Assembly (NCBI GenBank): GCA_045594305.1
Contig: JAZNYH010000034.1
Location: 484-64,483 of the forward strand
DNA length: 64,000 bases
From: Eubacteriales bacterium
GTDB taxonomy: Bacteria > Bacillota > Clostridia > Oscillospirales > CAG-272
Reading direction: 5' to 3'
Shown: positions 55,041 through 64,000 of the stretch, piece by piece
How the letters are laid out: every line of letters begins with the position of its first letter
Position numbering within the stretch: the stretch's first letter is position 1
Notes under the pieces: generated by a model
Database searches by the model: none
Told to the model about the DNA's origin: nothing
What the model saw: the letters and a program-made list of their open reading frames with translations, nothing else
Program-made: the position numbers and the translations under genes

Positions 55041-55850
55041 ATGATTATTGCTTCACGCATAAGCAGACCTAATATTATTGTACACTATATCGATTTCACC
55101 GACTTGCCCATCACTGTTTGCGAGCTTGGCTGGGAGAAAACCTCTCCTAATCACACTTGGTCACCAAACGGCAGACCAAGATATCTTATTCACCTTATAA
55201 AAAGTGGCAAGTGTACCATTGAACGAAATGGTGTAATAACTCATTTGTCGCGTGGAGATTGCTTTATAAATTGTCCCGATGAGTCAAGCATTATAAAGAC
55301 TGATTTTGCAGAGCCCTGTGAGTATTATTGGATTGCCTTCAACGGAGCTTACGCAAAGCAAATTTTACGAGAAGCAACCGAAAATCTATATCCAAAATTC
55401 AAAGAAAGCGGGCTTATAGCAATAGATACTCTACTCAAAAATGAAAATTACGACCACATAAGCTCTCTTAGCACTCTTTTTTCCGTGCTCAATTCAATAA
55501 AGGATGAAAGCAAGCAAGAAACAATAGATTTCGTAAAAAGCGCGACAATTTATATTGAAAACAATTATTTTGAAGCCTTCAATGTAAGTAACTACGCAAA
55601 GCAAATTGGAATTTCACGCGCGCATTTTACAACCATTTTTACCAAAAGAGTTGGAATATCCCCTTACGATTATCTTATTAAAACACGAATCGCAGTTGCT
55701 ATGCGATATTTAAAAGAAAACAAGCTTTCAATTTCGCAAATTGCATACAAGGTTGGCTTTTCCTCCCTTGACCGATTTGGTAAAATATTCAAAAAGATAA
55801 CAGGTAAATCTCCAAAAGAATATAAATCTTCTATTTTAAGTATAACATAA
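55041..55850 (+). CDS. AraC family transcriptional regulator
   Basis: The C-terminal ISQIAYKVGFSSLDRFGKIFKKITGKSPKEY is an AraC HTH. Confidence 0.8.
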   Translation: MIIASRISRPNIIVHYIDFTDLPITVCELGWEKTSPNHTWSPNGRPRYLIHLIKSGKCTIERNGVITHLSRGDCFINCPDESSIIKTDFAEPCEYYWIAFNGAYAKQILREATENLYPKFKESGLIAIDTLLKNENYDHISSLSTLFSVLNSIKDESKQETIDFVKSATIYIENNYFEAFNVSNYAKQIGISRAHFTTIFTKRVGISPYDYLIKTRIAVAMRYLKENKLSISQIAYKVGFSSLDRFGKIFKKITGKSPKEYKSSILSIT

Positions 55851-56127
55851 ATATATTTTAATAGTCTATATCTCATTGTTTTAAAAATTCATCGTATTGT
55901 TCGACTTTATTTAATATATAATAAAAAATCCCAACGGAGTCCGTTGGGATTTTATTGATATTATTGCTCCTCAGGGCTTGTGCCTGATACTGAGTAATAG
56001 GTTACTGTTGTAAGGCTTGCGCCACCGTTGGAACGTTTTCCTCAGCAAAGGCAACCATTGAAAGTGCCGAGATAAGAGCAAGTGCCAATGCAAGGGTGAA
56101 TAGTAATCTTTTTTCGTTTTATTCTCC

Positions 56128-56502
56128 CTATTTTTTATTAAAATATTCCTTTAGCTTTTCGAAGGTTTCGTCACTTATAACATGCTCTATTTTGCATGCG
56201 TCCTCGGATGCGACCTCATCGCTTACGCCAATTGACTTTAAAAGTGATGTTAGAAGGACATGCCTTTCGTATACCTTCTTGGCAACAGCCTTGCCGTTTT
56301 CGGTAAGCTCAATTCCACCGTCCTTTGATACGGTAATATAGCCACCGTCCCTTAAAAGTCCCATAGCACGGCTTACGCTTGGCTTAGAAAAGCCCATATA
56401 CTCGCAAACATCAATGGCTCTTACAAAGCCCTTTTCCTCTTTTAGGCGTGATATGGATTCAAGATACATCTCGCCAGATTCTTGAAGCTGCATAAAAGAC
56501 AC
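56128..56502 (-). CDS. DtxR/MntR family metal-dependent transcriptional regulator (short form)
   Basis: EMYLESI...VRAIDVCEYMGFSKPSVSRAM...HVLLTSLL...ACKIEHVIS. Confidence 0.8.
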   Translation of the reverse strand: MSFMQLQESGEMYLESISRLKEEKGFVRAIDVCEYMGFSKPSVSRAMGLLRDGGYITVSKDGGIELTENGKAVAKKVYERHVLLTSLLKSIGVSDEVASEDACKIEHVISDETFEKLKEYFNKK

Positions 56503-56528
56503 TCCTTTCCTTGAATTTTAATTTTGTC

Positions 56529-58199
56529 TTATGCGTTGATTATTGCATTGATTATGCTACGACGGGCTTCAAGCACGCTTGTTGCCTCGTCCTTGTTATT
56601 TCCTCTTACTGAATAGTAAACCTTAATCTTTGGCTCTGTTCCAGAGGGGCGAATTGCAATCCATGAGCCGTCTGCAAATACGAATTTAAGAACATCGGAC
56701 TTAGGAAGGTCCTCAACGCCCTTTTCGTAGTCGTAAACTGTGACAATGCCATCAATTAGGTCCTTGCCCTTTTTTCTCATTTCCTTCATAATCGCTTGGA
56801 TTCTCTCTACGCCGTCAATTCCTTTAAGGGTAAAGCTATCAAGCTTATCAAGATAGTAGCCGTATTTGTCGTAGATTTCGTTCATCACATCGATAAGGGT
56901 TTTACCTTGGTTCTTGTAGTAGCAAGCCATCTCACAAATAAGCATAGATGCAACAACTGCATCCTTATCTCTTGCGTGCATTCCTACAAGGTAGCCATAG
57001 CTCTCCTCGTAGCCGATAACGAACTTATAGCCTGTTCTTTCGTAAATGCCCATTTGCTCGCCAATGAACTTAAAGCCTGTTAGGGTTTCAACAACACGAC
57101 AGCCATTTGCCTTAGCGATTGCAGCACCAAGCTCACTTGTAACTACTGTCTTTACAACGGTAGAGGTAGAGTCAATGTCTGCCTTGTTCATTTTAATTAC
57201 ATAGTCAACGAGAAGTGCTCCTACTTGATTTCCTGTGAGAAGCTTCATTCCGTCCTTTGTGTTTACGGCAATACCAACACGGTCACAGTCCGGGTCAGTT
57301 CCGAGAATAAGGTCAGCACCTATTTCCTCGCAAAGCTTAATTCCCATGCTAAGAGCCTCTGCGTTTTCGGGGTTTGGAGAAACAACTGTTGGGAAGTCTC
57401 CATTCTTTTGTTCCTGAGCCTTTACTACGGTAACATCATAGCCAAGCTCGCTGAGCACTCTGCGTACAGGTACATTTCCTGTTCCGTGGAGTGGTGTGTA
57501 TACTATTTTTGCACTCTTTGCTCCTACATCGTGAGCCTGTGATTTTACACACTCATTAAACTTATCAAGGACACAGCTACAAACGCTTTTTAGCATTCCG
57601 CTTTCTCTTGCGTCCTTTTCGTCAGCTACGGGGATAGAGGTAATATCCTCGATTGCGTTTACATAGGAGATTATCTTATTTGCATCATCTATAAGAACCT
57701 GACAGCCCTCATTATCGTATACCTTGTAGCCGTTATACTCTCTTGGGTTATGGCTTGCAGTAACAACAATTCCACCAACACAGCCAAGCTCTCTTACTGT
57801 AAATGAAAGCACGGGTGTAGGCTCAAGCTGATCGTAGAGATGAGCTGGTATTCCTGCTGCAACGAGGGTAAGTGCCGCCTCGAGTGCGAAGGAATCCGAG
57901 TTATTTCTTGAATCATAGCCTATGGCAACGCCCTTTGAAACTGCCTCGCCATATTTATCGTTTAGATAGTTTGCAAAGCCTCTTGTTGCTTTTCTTATGA
58001 TATACTTATTCATTCGGTTGGTGCCTGCGCCCATTACGCCACGAAGTCCACCTGTTCCAAATTCAAGATCACGCCAAAAGCGATCCTCTATTTCCTTTTC
58101 ATCAAGACCAGCATTTAGCTCTTCTCTTGTTTGCTCATCGAAAAATTCGTTTGTACGCCAAAGCTCGTAGGTATCAAGGATTTTCTTTGAAAGTGCCAT
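56529..58199 (-). CDS. Phosphoglucomutase / phosphomannomutase family protein
   Basis: TASHNPREYNGYKVY active-site loop and GTDPDCDR. Confidence 0.85.
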   Translation of the reverse strand: MALSKKILDTYELWRTNEFFDEQTREELNAGLDEKEIEDRFWRDLEFGTGGLRGVMGAGTNRMNKYIIRKATRGFANYLNDKYGEAVSKGVAIGYDSRNNSDSFALEAALTLVAAGIPAHLYDQLEPTPVLSFTVRELGCVGGIVVTASHNPREYNGYKVYDNEGCQVLIDDANKIISYVNAIEDITSIPVADEKDARESGMLKSVCSCVLDKFNECVKSQAHDVGAKSAKIVYTPLHGTGNVPVRRVLSELGYDVTVVKAQEQKNGDFPTVVSPNPENAEALSMGIKLCEEIGADLILGTDPDCDRVGIAVNTKDGMKLLTGNQVGALLVDYVIKMNKADIDSTSTVVKTVVTSELGAAIAKANGCRVVETLTGFKFIGEQMGIYERTGYKFVIGYEESYGYLVGMHARDKDAVVASMLICEMACYYKNQGKTLIDVMNEIYDKYGYYLDKLDSFTLKGIDGVERIQAIMKEMRKKGKDLIDGIVTVYDYEKGVEDLPKSDVLKFVFADGSWIAIRPSGTEPKIKVYYSVRGNNKDEATSVLEARRSIINAIINA

Positions 58200-58252
58200 A
58201 GTTATTCTCCTTTTATATTATTCAATATAATTTTATACAGTACGCCCTTGGA

Positions 58253-60171
58253 TTATTCACCCTTGGTGTAAGCCAAAAGTCCGCCTGCTCTCAAAATGTC
58301 GATTTGTCTCTTAGTATAATTGCATACAACGGGAATTTCATCGCTTCCACTTCTAAGGATAATTCTTCCGTTCTCCATTCCCTCAAATACATTTTCAAGA
58401 GAAAGGGTTGTGTTTTGTACGCACTTATCATAATCATCAGGATTTTCAAAGGTAAGTGGCAAAATTCCTGCGTTTATAAGGTTTGCAGCGTGTATTCTTG
58501 CAAAGCTCTTTGCTACAACTGCCTTTACGCCAAGGTAAAGTGGAACGAGGGCAGCGTGCTCTCTTGATGAGCCCTGACCATAGTTTGTACCACCGACAAT
58601 TATGCTGTTCTTTGCTTCAAGTGCTCTCTGAGCAAAGCTCTCATCACATACTGCAAAGCAGAATTTTGAAAGATATGGAATATTTGAACGATATGGCAAA
58701 ATCTTAGCTCCTGCTGGCATAATATGGTCAGTTGTGATATTGTCACCAACCTTGAGGGTGAGATTTGCCTCTATTCTGTTTTCAAGCTTTTTGGTTTCTG
58801 GGAATGGCTTAATGTAGGACCACGAAGCACCTCTACACTCTTTGCCTCCTCTGGGGTAGCTGGCATAAGAACTGCGCTATCGTCAATCTTAAATGCGTCA
58901 GGCATTTCGATTTCCTTGTATTCGCCAAGGGTTCTTGGATCTGTTATATAGCCTGTAAGAGCTGATGCAACTGCAACCTCGGGGGATACAAGGTATACCT
59001 GTCCGTCCTTAGTTCCGCTTCTGCCCTCAAAGTTACGATTAAAGGTTCTAAGCGATACGCCTGCTGAGTTTGGCGAAAAGCCCATACCAATACAAGGTCC
59101 ACATGCACATTCAAGAACACGAGCACCTGCTGACAATATGTCGCTAAGAGCGCCACAGTCTGCGAGCATTGAAAGAACCTGCTTTGAGCCTGGGGATACT
59201 GAAAGGCTTACGCTGTCATCAATTTTCTTGCCCTTGAGCATGCTTGCAACTCTGAGCATATCACGGAGTGATGAGTTGGTGCAGGAGCCGATACACACCT
59301 GATCAACCTTAATGTGTGAAAGCTCCTCTGCGCTCTTTATGTTATCAGGGCTATGTGGGCACGCAAGAAGTGGCTTAAGCTCTGAAAGGTTAATGTCGAT
59401 TATTCTATCGTATACTGCATCAGGATCGCTTTCGAGAGCAACGAATGCGTCGCCTCTGCCCTGTGCTTCAAGGAATGCCTTAGTGATTTCATCAGATGGG
59501 AAGATTGAGGTTGTAGCTCCAAGCTCTGTTCCCATATTGGTAATAGTAGCTCTTTCGGGAACTGAAAGGGTTTTAATACCCTCGCCACCCCACTCGATAA
59601 TAGCTCCTACACCACCCTTTACGGAAAGGATACGAAGGATTTCAAGGCTGACATCCTTTGCACTTACCCAAGGCTGAAGCTTGCCTGTAAGGTTTACCTT
59701 ATACATCTTTGGCATGGTGATATAGTATTCACCACCACCCATTGCAACTGCAACATCAAGTCCGCCTGCACCCATAGCGAGCATACCAATACCACCTGCT
59801 GTTGGAGTGTGGCTATCAGAGCCGATAAGTGTCATGCCAGGAACGCCAAAGCGTTCAAGGTGAACCTGATGGCAAATTCCGTTTCCTGGGCGTGAGAAGC
59901 GAATACCGTATTTCTTTGCTACGGATTGAATGTATCTATGGTCATCTGCGTTCTCGAAGCCTGATTGAAGGGTGTTATGGTCTATGTATGCAACTGAAAG
60001 CTTTGTTCTTACCCTCTCGATGCCGATTGACTCAAATTCAAGGTAAGCCATTGTGCCTGTTGCATCCTGTGTAAGGGTTTGGTCTATTCTAAGTGCGATT
60101 TCCTCGCCAACCCTCATCTCGCCTGATACAAGGTGATTTTTAATGATTTTTTGTGCTATTGTAAGTCCCAT
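58253..60171 (-). pseudogene. Aconitate hydratase (monomeric clostridial type, about 640 aa) interrupted by a 1-nt frameshift near 58814
   Basis: The 466-aa ORF ends EVLRGPTLSHSQKPKSLKTE*. Shifting frame after GP gives IKPFPETKKLENRIEANLTLKVGDNITTDHIMPAGAK, which runs straight into the 155-aa ORF. Confidence 0.75.
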
Positions 60172-60183
60172 GGATATTTCCTC

Positions 60184-61542
60184 TTATTTTTTAAGTTCTT
60201 TTACCTTTGCCTCAAGCTCTGCATCAGTGATTGTGGTTTGTCTACCATTTTCGTATTCCTCGTCAACCCACTCTTTAAGTGCGACAACGATAGGGCTACG
60301 CTTGTCTACTGATTCCTCGCCCTTGAGCTTATAATGCTCGTTCATCCAATATGCGATGCCTGCAAGACCTGATGTCTTAGTTACTGCAACGCCTGCGGGA
60401 CGGTTGAGAAGCTTGCTTGTATTGAATATGTTATAGATTTCCTCATCCTTCAAAAGACCGTCAGCGTGGATTCCTGCCTTGGTCACATTGAAGTTTGCTC
60501 CAACGAATGGTGTCATTGGTGGAATGTTGTAGCCAATCTTCTCCTTGAAGAAGTCTGCAATCTCGGTGATAACGGTTGAGTCCATACCATCAAGTGTTCC
60601 CTTTAATGATGCGTATTCAAATACCATTGCTTCAAGTGGAACATTACCTGTACGCTCACCAATACCAAGAAGCGAGCAGTTAACTGCACTTGCACCATAG
60701 AGCCAAGCGGTTGTCGCATTTGTTACCGCCTTATAGAAATCGTTATGTCCGTGCCATTCGAGCATATCGCTTGGAATGTCGGAGTAGTGCTGTAAGCCGT
60801 AGATAATTCCAGGAACGCTTCGTGGAAGGGCAACCTCAGTATATGGAACGCCGTAGCCCATTGTGTCGCACGCACGGATTTTTACCGGAATCTTTGCGTC
60901 CTGAGACATCTTTTGAAGCTCATTTACAAATGGCACAACAAAGCCATAAAAGTCCGCTCTTGTGATATCCTCAAGGTGGCATCTTGGGCGAACTCCTGCC
61001 TCAAATGCGTCATAAACTGCTGAAAGATAAAGCTTCATAGCCTCTGAACGGCTCATTTTGAGCTTCTTAAAGATATGGTAGTCAGAGGAGCTTACAAGAA
61101 TACCTGTTTCCTTAATACCAAGGTTACGAACGAGCTTGAAGTCCTCCTTGTTCGCTCTTATCCAAGTGGTAATCTCGGGAAATTCAAGACCGAGGTCTTG
61201 ACATCTTTCGATAGCCTCCCTGTCCTTTTTACTGTATACAAAGAACTCAGTTTGACGAATCTTGCCCTTAGGTCCACCAAGGCGTGAGAGATACTTATAG
61301 ATTTGTACTATCTCATCAACGCTATATGGCTCAACAGCCTGCTGACCGTCACGAAGAGTGGTGTCGGTAATCCATATTTCCTCTGGCATACCGATTGGAA
61401 CTCTACGGTGGTTAAATGGTGTCTTTGGCACCTCGTCATAGCTATATATTTCTCTGTAAAGATTTGGCTCTTTTACATCTTGAAGCTGATATTTATACGA
61501 CTTTTGCTCAAGTAGATTTGTCTTCGATGAAATTTCAAGCAT
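60184..61542 (-). CDS. Homocitrate/isopropylmalate-synthase family enzyme, Re-citrate-synthase-like
   Basis: An HMGL-like barrel (ITDTTLRDGQQ) with a long N-terminal extension. It lies 12 nt upstream of the aconitase gene. Confidence 0.6.
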   Translation of the reverse strand: MLEISSKTNLLEQKSYKYQLQDVKEPNLYREIYSYDEVPKTPFNHRRVPIGMPEEIWITDTTLRDGQQAVEPYSVDEIVQIYKYLSRLGGPKGKIRQTEFFVYSKKDREAIERCQDLGLEFPEITTWIRANKEDFKLVRNLGIKETGILVSSSDYHIFKKLKMSRSEAMKLYLSAVYDAFEAGVRPRCHLEDITRADFYGFVVPFVNELQKMSQDAKIPVKIRACDTMGYGVPYTEVALPRSVPGIIYGLQHYSDIPSDMLEWHGHNDFYKAVTNATTAWLYGASAVNCSLLGIGERTGNVPLEAMVFEYASLKGTLDGMDSTVITEIADFFKEKIGYNIPPMTPFVGANFNVTKAGIHADGLLKDEEIYNIFNTSKLLNRPAGVAVTKTSGLAGIAYWMNEHYKLKGEESVDKRSPIVVALKEWVDEEYENGRQTTITDAELEAKVKELKK

Positions 61543-61760
61543 ATTTTTTCCTCCTATTTGGTAAAGATTATTAATATTTTATATTATATTATAACAAATT
61601 TCGCACGCTATGTCAAGAAAAAACATTATTGTAATATATTTTTTACTAATTGCTATAAATTGAGGTTGATTTTTGTACCTTGTTTTGATATAATTAATAA
61701 AGTGAATACTCTCACACCGATTTTATCGGCGTTTTTATATATCCCCACAAAGGAGAAGAA

Positions 61761-63383
61761 ATGTTTAAAAGAATTTTCGGTGCTAAAACCGTTTTAAAGG
61801 AAAAGCTACTGGAATCGGCAAAGAGCGTTTTACCAATTTCGGCAATAGTTCTTATTCTTTGCCTTACAGTTGCTCCCATTGAGATTTCTCAATTTACATC
61901 ATTTTTATTTGGCACTGCCCTGCTTATATTGGGAATTAGTCTATTTACGCTTGGTGCAGAGGTTTCTATGACGCCTATGGGTGAGTATGTCGGTGCTCAA
62001 ATGACACGCTCGAAGAAGATTTGGCTTATCGTTGTGCTCTCGTTCATTGTAGGCTTTATGATAACAATGTCCGAGCCTGACCTTCAATTGCTTGCCACAT
62101 ATGTACCATCAATCAGCCCAAGCATTTTGCTTGTTGCCTCTGTTGCAGGTGGCGTTGGAATCTTCCTTGTTATTGCGATGCTTCGTATTTTGTTTCGTAT
62201 CAACCTTAAATGGCTGTTACTTGGCTTTTACATTATCGCATTCACGCTTTCCTGCTTTGTTCCAACCGATTTTTGGGCAGTTGCCTTTGACTCGGGTGGA
62301 GTTACAACTGGACCTATGACCGTGCCATTTATTATGGCTCTTGGCGTGGGCGTGTCATCTATACGCTCCGACTCTAAGGAGTCCTCTGATTCGTTCGGTC
62401 TTGTTTCTCTTTGCTCGATAGGTCCTATAATTTCAGTTCTTATTTTAGGTCTTATTTATAAGCCACACAGCACAAGCTCGGAGCTTTTCTCGTTTGCGAG
62501 CATGCTAACCTCAATTGACCTTGGCTGGAACTACATATCAAGCCTTCCACACTACCTTTTAGAGGTTGCTAAGGCAGTTTTGCCTATTGTCGTATTTTTC
62601 TTTGTTTATCAAGCGTTTACAAAGCCTCTTGGCAAAAAGGCGCTTCTTAAAATTCTTATCGGTCTTGCCTATACCTTTATAGGCTTAGTTCTATTCCTTA
62701 CAGGAGCTAATGTAGGCTTTATGCCTGTTGGATATTTGCTTGGCTCATCCTTTGGTTCAAGCTCCCTTGCCTTTGTGGTAATTCCAATTGGAATGATAAT
62801 TGGCTACTTTATTGTTGCGGCAGAGCCTGCGGTACAGGTTTTACAGACACAGGTTGAGGATGTTACCTCGGGTGCTATTCCTAAGAGGGCTCTTGCGTTC
62901 GCTCTTGAAATAGGCGTTGCTATCTCTGTTGGAATTGCAATGCTAAGAGCACTTACGGGCGTTTCAATTATGTATTTCTTAATCCCTGGCTACATACTTG
63001 CATTTGTGCTTACCTTCTTTGTGCCAGAGATATTTACCTCAATAGCGTTTGACTCGGGTGGAGTTGCCTCAGGTGCTATGACCTCATCGTTCCTTTTACC
63101 CTTCGCTATTGGCGTTTGCACAGCCTCGGGCAACAATGTTGCAACTGACGCCTTTGGAACGGTTGCTATGGTTGCTATGACTCCTCTTATCGCTATTCAA
63201 ATTCTTGGCGTTGTCTACAAGCTTAGAATCGCTAAGATTAGTAGTGCTACTCCTTCTCGTGAGGAGATTATCGATATGCAAATCGACGCACCTGTGTACG
63301 AGTTTGCCGATGAAAATGACGAAATTCAAATTATTTCTATAAACGAACCAACAATTGACGATGAAATCATCGAATTTGATTAA
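61761..63383 (+). CDS. DUF1538 family membrane protein with an internal duplication
   Basis: Two halves each carry FDSGGV(T/A)(T/S)G(P/A)MT. The protein is polytopic. Confidence 0.65.
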   Translation: MFKRIFGAKTVLKEKLLESAKSVLPISAIVLILCLTVAPIEISQFTSFLFGTALLILGISLFTLGAEVSMTPMGEYVGAQMTRSKKIWLIVVLSFIVGFMITMSEPDLQLLATYVPSISPSILLVASVAGGVGIFLVIAMLRILFRINLKWLLLGFYIIAFTLSCFVPTDFWAVAFDSGGVTTGPMTVPFIMALGVGVSSIRSDSKESSDSFGLVSLCSIGPIISVLILGLIYKPHSTSSELFSFASMLTSIDLGWNYISSLPHYLLEVAKAVLPIVVFFFVYQAFTKPLGKKALLKILIGLAYTFIGLVLFLTGANVGFMPVGYLLGSSFGSSSLAFVVIPIGMIIGYFIVAAEPAVQVLQTQVEDVTSGAIPKRALAFALEIGVAISVGIAMLRALTGVSIMYFLIPGYILAFVLTFFVPEIFTSIAFDSGGVASGAMTSSFLLPFAIGVCTASGNNVATDAFGTVAMVAMTPLIAIQILGVVYKLRIAKISSATPSREEIIDMQIDAPVYEFADENDEIQIISINEPTIDDEIIEFD

Positions 63384-63395
63384 AGGGGGTATTGT

Positions 63396-64000
63396 ATGCA
63401 AAAGATGTATCTTTTAATAACCATCACAAATCGTGCAGATAGTGATGAGTTTACAGGCTTTTTTAGCTCTAAGGAAATACCTATTATGTACAGCACCACC
63501 GCACTCGGCACGGCACGAGAAAAAACGCTTGCTCTATTTGGAATTGAGGAATCAACCAAGAGCGTTCATTACTGTATAGTTACTGAAAACAAAAAGGCAG
63601 AGCTTATTAAGGCTCTGACCAAGGAAATGGCAATTGACCTACCTAATAGAGGAATTTCAGTTGCCGTTCCCCTATCAAGCATAGGTGGTAAAAAAACTCT
63701 TGAAGCGTTTGCTAATGGTCATCAGGACGACGAAATTGAAAACGAGGTGAAAAGCATGTCAGAATGCACAACTGAGCTTATTGTTGTTATTTGCGCTAAG
63801 GGACACACCGACGAGATTATGGATGCTGCTCGCTCCGCAGGGGCAGGTGGTGGAACTGTTGTTCACGCAAAGGGCACAGGCTCTCAATATACTAACAAGT
63901 TCTTCGGCGTTTCTATTGCCGATGAGAAGGAAATGATTTATATAGTTTCCACAAAGGAAAACAAAAACGGAATTATGAAGGCGATTATGGACGGCGCAGG
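63396..64000 (+). CDS. Tandem P-II-like domain protein (3' end lies outside the window)
   Basis: The frame is open from the ATG at 63396 to the window end. ...ELIVVICAKGHTDEIMDAARSAGAGGGTVVHAKGTG... is P-II-like. This ORF is absent from the ORF track. Confidence 0.55.
   Translation, partial: MQKMYLLITITNRADSDEFTGFFSSKEIPIMYSTTALGTAREKTLALFGIEESTKSVHYCIVTENKKAELIKALTKEMAIDLPNRGISVAVPLSSIGGKKTLEAFANGHQDDEIENEVKSMSECTTELIVVICAKGHTDEIMDAARSAGAGGGTVVHAKGTGSQYTNKFFGVSIADEKEMIYIVSTKENKNGIMKAIMDGA

Noticed and set aside
56002-56115. A minus-strand frame encoding KKRLLFTLALALALISALSMVAFA-EENVPTVAQALQQ, i.e. a signal peptide plus a 13-aa tail (a possible secreted signalling peptide)
   Set aside because: It follows a GGGAGA RBS-like motif and closely resembles other signal peptides in this window. 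However, the frame has no ATG, GTG or TTG before the hydrophobic core: a TAA stop lies 4 codons upstream. Making a start would need two sequence changes. It is worth rechecking against reads but is not supportable as a gene.
58253-60171. Reading the two ORFs as separate large/small (LeuC/LeuD-like) dehydratase subunits
   Set aside because: The conserved inter-domain linker is encoded across the gap in a shifted frame. The second ORF's Met is an internal residue of the motif DHIMPAGAK and has no RBS.

Overview
This 64-kb window is from a Clostridia-type (Firmicutes) chromosome. It is dense in housekeeping and carbohydrate genes, and I saw no integrase, transposase, CRISPR array or rRNA. The left ~10.3 kb is visibly GC-rich with G/C-ending codons. 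It carries the sigA 3' end, a giant SBP-like lipoprotein, trpS, a WecA/TagO-like GT4 transferase, an M3-like lipoprotein peptidase and a GDPD gene. A four-tRNA cluster (Gly, Arg-like, His, Gln) sits at 10.4-10.8 kb. The remaining ~53 kb is AT-richer with T-ending codons. It holds a hexuronate / oxidoreductase / TIM-barrel sugar locus, a flavodiiron protein plus rubredoxin, mscL, rsmA, kdgK, ogg, an FMN riboswitch with ribU, a GATase-less guaA, gpmI, feoAB, a DtxR-like regulator, a phosphoglucomutase, a Re-citrate-synthase-like gene next to a frameshifted aconitase, and DUF1538 with a P-II-like protein. The most interesting items are: (i) a 998-aa TIR / sugar-binding PBP / HAD / PfkB four-domain fusion co-transcribed with rpiB and a ROK kinase (45.9-50.2 kb); (ii) an AT-rich islet with an RHH-WYL regulator divergent from a three-gene operon of internally repeated proteins with no recognisable family (13.4-16.3 kb); (iii) four near-identical promoters in tandem, three of them driving short structured terminator-ended RNAs (11.7-12.1 kb); (iv) a mirror-symmetric tetraloop hairpin array beside the tRNAs; (v) an inverted-repeat-bounded AT-rich cassette at 8.26-9.24 kb; (vi) the compositional break itself, next to a tRNA-Arg-like gene whose acceptor stem does not pair. 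All calls come from reading the sequence and motif memory; no searches were run.
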